Assembly: GCA_001805445.1 (NCBI GenBank)
Contig: MHGF01000022.1
Coordinates: 10,613 to 74,612 of the forward strand
Reading direction: 5' to 3'
Length of the DNA stretch: 64,000 bases
Source: Omnitrophica WOR_2 bacterium GWF2_43_52
Lineage (GTDB): Bacteria > Omnitrophota > Gorgyraeia > Gygaellales > UBA12090
Below are positions 57,943-64,000 of this stretch, piece after piece. Under the pieces are notes generated by a model. That model saw only the letters and a list, made by a program, of their open reading frames with translations, was not told the origin of the DNA and did no database searches. The translations under genes were made by a program, and so were the position numbers. Every line of letters begins with the position of its first letter. Position 1 is the stretch's first letter.

Positions 57943-58716
57943 CTATTTCCCGGGGTGTTCCTGCTTAAACGGTATCACCGGAGCAGTCCAGGGAGTCTGT
58001 TGATTTATCACTGCGATCTCCAGAGGACAAACATTTGCCGGAACCGTCAACGCGAACTTAACTGCGTTCTCAATCGCCTCAGTACTCATAAGGCGCGAGG
58101 TATTGGCGGTAATATCCTTAAGTTTTCCGGTTAAGTCCGTATCGGTTACTCCCGGCAAAATAGAAGTTACCTTAATCCCATGGTCACGCATCTCCCAGAA
58201 TAACCCCTTACAAAATGCGCGCAGGCCTACTTTCAGAGAACTGTATACCACAAAATTTCTAGGAACAGGGTCACACAAGGTTGAGCCTGAAACCATATTG
58301 ATGATTGCACCTGCTTTATTTTTTATCATATCATTTATCACTAAGCGAATCAAACGCACATAACCTAAATAATTGGTAAAAGCCAATTTCTCAAAATCCT
58401 CAATAGGTTGCTTCTCAAAAGGCGACTGGCTTGATACCCCCGCATTATTAATAAGAATATCTGTCGTACCAAATTTCTCTTTGGTTTTATTAACTAAATT
58501 CTCTAAATCGGCTAATTGCGTTACATCGCAGCCTATCGGGAGAACGTCAACCTTATATTTTTTGCGAATTTCATCCGCCGTTTCCTTAAGCGGGCCTTCT
58601 CCACGGGCGGCGAGTGCCAGATTAATCCCTAAACTTGCGGCGGTACAGGCCAAGGCCTTGCCAATTCCCCTGCTGGCCCCGGTCACAATCGCGGTTTTTC
58701 CTTTTAAGTCGGACAT
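57943..58716 (-). CDS. Short-chain dehydrogenase/reductase (FabG-like)
   Basis: TGASRGIG cofactor motif and Tyr/Lys catalytic region. Confidence 0.85.
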   Translation of the reverse strand: MSDLKGKTAIVTGASRGIGKALACTAASLGINLALAARGEGPLKETADEIRKKYKVDVLPIGCDVTQLADLENLVNKTKEKFGTTDILINNAGVSSQSPFEKQPIEDFEKLAFTNYLGYVRLIRLVINDMIKNKAGAIINMVSGSTLCDPVPRNFVVYSSLKVGLRAFCKGLFWEMRDHGIKVTSILPGVTDTDLTGKLKDITANTSRLMSTEAIENAVKFALTVPANVCPLEIAVINQQTPWTAPVIPFKQEHPGK

Positions 58717-58786
58717 CTTAAACCTCCCATAAATTACAGGTCAACAGCCGATGGTCTATAGACTATGGACCATTGACTATCGGCCT

Positions 58787-59968
58787 TTATCTATTTTCTC
58801 GTAGAATCTTATTTGACGCAATCGCTAAAATTAAAATAATTACCCCTAACCCCAAGAAGCTTAAACCAAAACTCTGCTGCATAAAAATCCCGGCTACGCC
58901 TACGCCCAATCCCCCGCTGGCAAAACGTACCGCGCTGTTTAGGCTGGCTAATTCCGGGCGCAATTTATCCGGAAAATCTGTCAACACGGTGGAAACCGCG
59001 TTATGGTTCATTGTCCAGGCAATGCCAAAGATAAAAAGAACTATCGCTAAATAAACGAAAGAAAACGGCTTAATTAAAAGAAACGTTGCAAGCGATAATC
59101 CTGCCAATCCCAAAGTCGCGGCAAACCCCATTCCTTTTTTATCAGTAACCCAGCCGCCAAAAGGCTGGCCGAATATTCCGCTAAAAACTACCAAGCTTAA
59201 AAGCAGGCTCACCTGCGCTTGTGTATACTGTAAAGAAGAAAAATATACGCCTAACCAATTATATATACCGTGATAAGCCAGGCTTAAAATCAGGATATAG
59301 ATAAATATCCTTACTATGCGGCGCTCTTTAATTATATGTAAATAATTTACCTCATAATCATATTCTACTTTTGATTTAAAGTCAAAGAACAGAAAAACCA
59401 ATACCGCGTTTACCAGCGCGAAAACCGCCGGTAGTATAAAAAGCATCCGCCAGGGTAAAACCGCGCTTAAAATAACGCCGGCAAACGCGGCAATAAAGGT
59501 AGCGCTGAAAAAAGCACCCACCATCCGCCCCCGGATTTCCTTAGGCGCAAGCTCACCCGTGAGAATCAACGCTATAGGCGTTGTGGCGCTGGCGGCGATT
59601 CCGGCAAAGATTCGGCTTGAAAAAAGGCCAAGGGCCGAAGTGCTTAAACCTCCGATTAAACTTGCCAAAGCAAATACCAAAAGGCAAACCGTTTTAATTG
59701 CCTTGACTGAATGCCTTTTTACCAGAGGGGCATAGATAAGCGCCGCCAGGCCATAAGGAATCATATATAATGAAATTACCCTGGCAATCTCAAAGCTGCT
59801 TCTATGCAAATCTCCGGCGATTGCCGGAATTACCGCGGCAACACAGGCGGTATTAAAGGATACGACTGCCCCCTCAAGCCATAAAAGAGCAAAAATTACC
59901 TTGGAATTAGGGACAGACACTAATTTATTTTTAACCATACTATTGGTGTCTGTCCCTAATTCCTTCAA
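58787..59968 (-). CDS. MFS transporter
   Basis: 12-TM profile with MFS motif A. Confidence 0.8.
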   Translation of the reverse strand: MKELGTDTNSMVKNKLVSVPNSKVIFALLWLEGAVVSFNTACVAAVIPAIAGDLHRSSFEIARVISLYMIPYGLAALIYAPLVKRHSVKAIKTVCLLVFALASLIGGLSTSALGLFSSRIFAGIAASATTPIALILTGELAPKEIRGRMVGAFFSATFIAAFAGVILSAVLPWRMLFILPAVFALVNAVLVFLFFDFKSKVEYDYEVNYLHIIKERRIVRIFIYILILSLAYHGIYNWLGVYFSSLQYTQAQVSLLLSLVVFSGIFGQPFGGWVTDKKGMGFAATLGLAGLSLATFLLIKPFSFVYLAIVLFIFGIAWTMNHNAVSTVLTDFPDKLRPELASLNSAVRFASGGLGVGVAGIFMQQSFGLSFLGLGVIILILAIASNKILRENR

Positions 59969-60386
59969 TTACTTCCTTAAATATCTTTAAATTATCTTGA
60001 GAATGTTTATTGATAAAACCCTCAACCTGCTCATCATTAAACTTCGCCTTCCCATCCATCTCAAAGTGTTGGATCCAGGTCATTTCTGTACCTTCAGGCT
60101 TTGGGGTATAGAGCCAGATAATCTTCATATACTTAAACGGAAACTTCGGCTCTTCTCTTTCTGAATAGGTAAAATATTTTTCTTTAAAAAGCAGCCGCCA
60201 TGACTGCCAGGATTTTCCCTCATCGTCAGTCAGGCGAAAAGTAATCTTATTATCTTCTTTCTTAACTATCTCGGCCTTTTGGTATTCGCTCCCAAATAAC
60301 TCCGTCCAGCGCGGGATGTCGTTAGAGATATCAAAGATTAACTCATACGGCGCGTTGATAATTATTGAGTTACAAGTGTGTCCCAT
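59940..60386 (-). CDS. SRPBCC (Bet v1/polyketide-cyclase-like) domain protein
   Basis: About 148-aa protein, NAPYELIFDISNDIPRWTELF N-terminal pattern. Confidence 0.5.
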   Translation of the reverse strand: MGHTCNSIIINAPYELIFDISNDIPRWTELFGSEYQKAEIVKKEDNKITFRLTDDEGKSWQSWRLLFKEKYFTYSEREEPKFPFKYMKIIWLYTPKPEGTEMTWIQHFEMDGKAKFNDEQVEGFINKHSQDNLKIFKEVIEGIRDRHQ

Positions 60387-60494
60387 TAGTTCCTCCCTTC
60401 GGTCGGAAAAGATAACAGAGTACAGAGTACAGAAAAAAATAACACTATTACAAACTATCTGCCGGACAAGCTCAACAGAATCACCAAATTCTCA

Positions 60495-60833
60495 TCAACG
60501 CTCAAGGATTAAATCAATCCTGCGCTTTAGATCAGGGAGTTTATGTTGGATAACATCCCAAACAATCTCCCAGTTTACGCCAAAATAGAAATGAATAATC
60601 TTATCCCTCATTCCCGCGATCTTTTTCCATTCAACTTCAGCATGCTTCTTCTTAAATTCGCCGGGAATATTCTTTGCTGCCTCTCCGATAATCTCCGGAT
60701 TTCTAATTATCGCATCTTGAATCATAGAATTTTTCAATAGTCCTTGAAAAGAAACGCCTTTTGTGTAATTGTCTATTCGTTTTATAGACTCTAAAATATC
60801 ATAAAGGAATTCCTCTGTTCTCCTCTTAGACAT
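60495..60833 (-). CDS. hepT: HepT-like HEPN toxin (DUF86)
   Basis: R-x4-H HEPN motif MRDKIIHFY; 8-nt overlap with upstream nucleotidyltransferase gene. Confidence 0.8.
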   Translation of the reverse strand: MSKRRTEEFLYDILESIKRIDNYTKGVSFQGLLKNSMIQDAIIRNPEIIGEAAKNIPGEFKKKHAEVEWKKIAGMRDKIIHFYFGVNWEIVWDVIQHKLPDLKRRIDLILER

Positions 60834-61137
60834 AGATTAAACTCCTCTTAATTTCCTCGGCTACTTGCTTTATCCTTATGCTTTTTACTCCACAAGGAGT
60901 CAAAATGTCTACCTTCCTTTTAAACAAATTTTCCAGATAATCCACCAAATCAATATAATTATCAAAAGATGGTTTTTTAAACTCTACTACCAGGTCTATA
61001 TCACTCTTCTTGGTCTCGGTTCCTCTGGCAAAAGAACCAAATACCCCCACCTTCTTAACCCCATACTTCTTTAAGACATCCCAATGCACTCTTAGCAGCT
61101 TCAGTATTTTCTTGTCCGCAAGATTGACTGTTTTCAT
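60826..61137 (-). CDS. mntA: MntA-like minimal nucleotidyltransferase antitoxin
   Basis: [23 protein letters not shown] (GS-x9-DxD). Confidence 0.8.
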   Translation of the reverse strand: MKTVNLADKKILKLLRVHWDVLKKYGVKKVGVFGSFARGTETKKSDIDLVVEFKKPSFDNYIDLVDYLENLFKRKVDILTPCGVKSIRIKQVAEEIKRSLIYV

Positions 61138-61140
61138 ATT

Positions 61141-61455
61141 TTATCTCCCCGACAAGCTCAACAGAATCGCCAAGTCCTCATCCGCACTCAATGAATGCGG
61201 CGCGTTTTTGGGCATAAAGATAAATACTCCCGGCTTCATTTTAATCTTCTTGCGCCTTAAAATAAAAGTTCCTGTTCCCTTTAAAACGGTTACCGCTGCC
61301 TCGCGGGTTGAGGTATGCTCGGACATATCACTGCCCTTAGCCATGCAAAAAAGCGTATGGTTTGAAATATTTGTCTTTACCAAAACCTTGCTGAAAATCC
61401 CCTCTCTGGGGAACTCCATCATTTTTTCCAAATCCTGAATTACAGATTTCACCAT
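61141..61455 (-). CDS. Cupin-domain protein
   Basis: About 100-aa double-stranded beta-helix pattern with conserved His. Confidence 0.55.
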   Translation of the reverse strand: MVKSVIQDLEKMMEFPREGIFSKVLVKTNISNHTLFCMAKGSDMSEHTSTREAAVTVLKGTGTFILRRKKIKMKPGVFIFMPKNAPHSLSADEDLAILLSLSGR

Positions 61456-61465
61456 CGGTAACCTC

Positions 61466-62260
61466 TCATTGTAAGAATGCGACTACCCTACTCCAGGCCG
61501 CACCTGTGCCTTTTATCTTTACCGGAAAACACTGAACTTTAAAGCCGCTATCGGGAAGCTTCTCTAAATTAGCAAGCCTCTCTATATGGATAAATTCTCT
61601 TTTCCTTCCGTAAAAATGCGATGGATATAAAGGCTTTTTCTCTTCTAAAAACTCCTTAAGCATAAATTTATACGGCCGGTCAATGCCCATGGTGTCCACG
61701 CCGAAGATTTTTATTTCTCTGTTCAGCAGATAATCTATCGCCGAGATATTCACTCCCGGATATTCAGAAAAATACTTAGGCCCGCCGTAAAGTTTATCCG
61801 CGCCCGTATGCAAAAGCACGATGTCTTGGGGCTTTAAGGTATATTTTATCTTCTTTAGGGCATCTTCTATATCCTGGGCAGTGATTGTTTCATTAGGTTT
61901 CTTATGGGTAAGCGTAAGCTTAACTCCGTCGCAATAACACCATTCCAGGGGAATTTCCTCGGCAGTCTTAGACGGCCTGCCCTCTGATTTTGAACCGTAA
62001 TGAAAAGAGTAATCTAAGTGGGTGCCGACATGCACCGGGGAATGTACCACTTCAAGAGAAAGAAATTCCTCATCCGGCACATCATCTTTCTTAAGGATAC
62101 GCTTACCCAAAAGATATTGAATCTTGCCCTTAAAGGTTTTTCCCATAATGACACGGTTGAATTTCTCCACCCCGTCCTTATGAGAAACCCTCTCAATCTC
62201 CACATGGTGGACCTCAAAGGCCTTCTCGTCTATCGGCAGACTCAAGTCAATTATTCTCAT
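61466..62260 (-). CDS. Cyclase-family protein (kynurenine-formamidase-like)
   Basis: HVGTHLDYSFHYG metal-binding signature. Confidence 0.75.
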   Translation of the reverse strand: MRIIDLSLPIDEKAFEVHHVEIERVSHKDGVEKFNRVIMGKTFKGKIQYLLGKRILKKDDVPDEEFLSLEVVHSPVHVGTHLDYSFHYGSKSEGRPSKTAEEIPLEWCYCDGVKLTLTHKKPNETITAQDIEDALKKIKYTLKPQDIVLLHTGADKLYGGPKYFSEYPGVNISAIDYLLNREIKIFGVDTMGIDRPYKFMLKEFLEEKKPLYPSHFYGRKREFIHIERLANLEKLPDSGFKVQCFPVKIKGTGAAWSRVVAFLQ

Positions 62261-62280
62261 ATTAATCTTCTAAACCATCT

Positions 62281-63009
62281 ACGCACCGCGGGGGTGCGTT
62301 ATTGGTTATCATTCTAGTATTTGTTGTTTTATTGCCGCCAAATCTCTTTGATATCCAATCATATCATTGACAAACTTTTTATATTGGTCCACAGCTATGT
62401 TTATCACATTTTCATACCTACAAATACGATTAGTAACTTCCAAGATATATTCTTTATAAGAAGAATATATCCAAGACTCGGGAATATCTGTTAGATATGC
62501 CGTAACGGGGTTCAAATGAATGTATCTTGTAAGGTGGAGCAACTGTTCGTCCGTTTTAATCAAGACATTCTTAAATCGTCCTTCCCATAACGGCCCTTTT
62601 CGCTTATGTTTTATGTTAAAATATTTCGTGTAGCTATTAAAAATATTATTCATAAAAAGTGATATGCCATTATCTTTTAATTGCTTTAAAATAAAATGGG
62701 TATGGGTAGGCATAATACAATAAGATACGATATCTACCAGTTTATCTTGCTTATTCTTTAAACAATCACTCAGATACTCATCAATTGTATGTTTATTGGC
62801 ATCTTTCGTTCTAAGAAAGTCTGAAAGCCTTAAGGAATGTCCTTCACATTGATAATATCTAATTGCTACAATTATCCTTAAATATTCTGATTCATTATTA
62901 AATATCTTAAATCCCGCGATACTTTTATTAAAAACATGATAAAACTCTCCTATCGCTAATGGTTCTTTTCTATACATTGTAAACAAACCATACGCACCGC
63001 GGGGGTGCG
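62281..63009 (-). mobile_element. RAYT (REP-associated tyrosine transposase, IS200/HUH-like) gene flanked by two copies of an 18-bp REP-like hairpin
   Basis: ACGCACCGCGGGGGTGCG at 62281-62298 and 62992-63009; enclosed ORF has YHVFNKS N-terminus, HuH motif HTHFIL and catalytic Tyr region. Confidence 0.7.
62309..62986 (-). CDS. REP-associated tyrosine transposase (RAYT / IS200-like Y1 HUH transposase)
   Basis: See mobile element; 225 aa. Confidence 0.7.
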   Translation of the reverse strand: MFTMYRKEPLAIGEFYHVFNKSIAGFKIFNNESEYLRIIVAIRYYQCEGHSLRLSDFLRTKDANKHTIDEYLSDCLKNKQDKLVDIVSYCIMPTHTHFILKQLKDNGISLFMNNIFNSYTKYFNIKHKRKGPLWEGRFKNVLIKTDEQLLHLTRYIHLNPVTAYLTDIPESWIYSSYKEYILEVTNRICRYENVINIAVDQYKKFVNDMIGYQRDLAAIKQQILE

Positions 63010-63017
63010 GAGAAAGG

Positions 63018-63266
63018 TTATACCCTCGCTGCCGCTACTAGCTTTGACTGTATCGTCTTTTCAATCTCATTTACCGAGCAAAATTTGGTTATTTCTTTAG
63101 GGCTGAGTTTCACCCCAAAAACCTTTTCCAGGACAATCACAAACTCCACCATCTCGGTAGAATCCACTCCGATTCCATCACAGAGCTTCATATCATCCCT
63201 CACTTCATTCGGTTTTAATTTTAGAAGATTTATCAGCGTTTCTCTTATCTTATCTTTCACTTCCAT
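63018..63266 (-). CDS. Acyl carrier protein-like
   Basis: Phosphopantetheine-attachment motif GVDSTEMVE; start set at MEVKDKI after GGAGGAAG SD. Confidence 0.6.
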   Translation of the reverse strand: MEVKDKIRETLINLLKLKPNEVRDDMKLCDGIGVDSTEMVEFVIVLEKVFGVKLSPKEITKFCSVNEIEKTIQSKLVAAARV

Positions 63267-63323
63267 TTCTTCCTCCGCTTCATAACGGGCAGGCACAAGG
63301 CCTGCCCCTACATTGTCCATACT

Positions 63324-64000
63324 CTATATATGATGTTCCCCTTTCGTTGCCCCGGCTTCCCACTTTCCGACCCCTGCCATAACATCCTGGAAACAGAGTT
63401 TGGCGAGCATATCAAAGTTACTTTCCATGATCCTATTGATTCTCCCAGGCTTAGAAAAAAACTCCCGCATGCACCATGCCCCCAGCCTGCCCAATTCTTC
63501 TATTGAAAGATGATCCGTAGGCATAACCGGATGCAGGAAATCCCAATCGCGGAAATCTATCTTCGCCGGATTAATCCAATTTTTCTTCATGCCGATTCTC
63601 CACATCGGAGAATTCGGAGCCGGAGTCACATAGCCGATCCAAAGGATATCCGGATCAACCTCGTCGGTAAACTCGTATCTTTGCTTGATGATTTTCTCAT
63701 CGTCATAATCAAAACCCATCATAATATCCGCAACCACCGCGATATCATTGCGCCGTAAGATATCAATGGTCTTTTTGATCTGGTCAATGGTAATGCCTTT
63801 GGCAATTTTCTTTAATTCCTCGGGCGTAGTAACCTCAATGCCAAAGACCCCGATAAAAAGCCCGGCCTTTTTCATTAAAGGAAGGATGGATTCACAGTTA
63901 ACCCAGTCAACGGCCCTGCCTAAAGAAACCCATTTGATAGGGATATTTCTTTCTAACTTTAGCTCGCAGAATTCCTTTACCCGTTCGGGATTGACATTAA
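63324..64000 (-). CDS. Radical SAM superfamily protein, C-terminal part (gene continues beyond the right window edge)
   Basis: Reading frame stays open upstream of the ORF-track Met to position 64000; ...LMKKAGLFIGVFGIEV...ADIMMGFDYDDEK... is typical of the second half of a radical-SAM TIM barrel. Confidence 0.5.
   Translation of the reverse strand, partial: NVNPERVKEFCELKLERNIPIKWVSLGRAVDWVNCESILPLMKKAGLFIGVFGIEVTTPEELKKIAKGITIDQIKKTIDILRRNDIAVVADIMMGFDYDDEKIIKQRYEFTDEVDPDILWIGYVTPAPNSPMWRIGMKKNWINPAKIDFRDWDFLHPVMPTDHLSIEELGRLGAWCMREFFSKPGRINRIMESNFDMLAKLCFQDVMAGVGKWEAGATKGEHHI

Noticed and set aside
57943-58134. ORF 57799..58134 (+) and other short plus-strand ORFs overlapping the 160-bp repeat element
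   Set aside because: The translations are Arg-rich, the frames are interrupted between the two repeat copies, and there is no SD.

Overview
This 64-kb window is bacterial chromosome, about 42-45% GC, with roughly 85% of genes on the minus strand. The organism is Gram-negative-type (LpxL, LptE, Lnt and BamD-like genes); I did not attempt a phylum call.

Two conserved housekeeping blocks frame the window's left and middle thirds:
- Left: zupT-like ZIP transporter, lpxL, CDF transporter, M23 peptidase, lnt, secA, prfB, pilT, ogt, uvrC, murJ and rpsT.
- Middle: holA-like, lptE-like, a TPR protein, a large GAF/PAS histidine kinase, comEC, comEA, TraB/GumN, leuS, a CheY-like receiver and nfo.
prfB carries the classic +1 programmed frameshift (AGGGGG..CUU UGA C). 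The ORF track missed this and shows only the downstream frame.

An AT-rich accessory island sits between them at about 32.6-43.1 kb:
- A 4-gene minus-strand cassette led by an XRE regulator: a Zn-ribbon protein, a possible HEPN-like protein, a TcmP-like protein with methyltransferase-fold motifs, and a COG1533/SPL-like protein with a variant C-x3-C-x3-C cysteine cluster. This is the strongest candidate for an undescribed defence or modification system.
- tRNA-Ala(GGC) on the minus strand, and a tRNA-Leu(CAA) hidden inside a spurious ORF-track extension.
- Three ORF6N-domain paralogs, one of them a pseudogene.
- A small HEPN-like gene plus two membrane-protein genes.
- An ECF sigma / zf-HC2 anti-sigma / Spy-CpxP-like operon.

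The right third (43-64 kb) contains:
- rlmN, MFS transporters and dehydrogenases.
- A DHAP-shunt-like methionine-salvage cluster (PNP-family phosphorylase, mtnA, and a class II aldolase fused to SCP2) behind a roughly 300-nt structured leader.
- A DUF3800 insert, a HepT/MntA toxin-antitoxin pair, and a REP-flanked RAYT transposase.
- An ACP and a radical-SAM gene that runs off the window edge.

Several repeat and motif families read directly from the sequence are not explained by coding features:
- Five roughly 90-bp imperfect palindromes built from CACGAAT words, each just upstream of a minus-strand gene start.
- A roughly 45-nt motif (AAAATTTTTGCACGAAAA..CGTCTTATAT) in front of four genes including the ECF sigma gene.
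- A duplicated, GC-rich, roughly 160-bp hairpin element carrying a compensatory base-pair change between its two copies.
- GGTGACKT 8-mer tandem repeats, including in-frame runs inside leuS and lnt.
- A dense GTTACTA site array.
- Several long palindromes.
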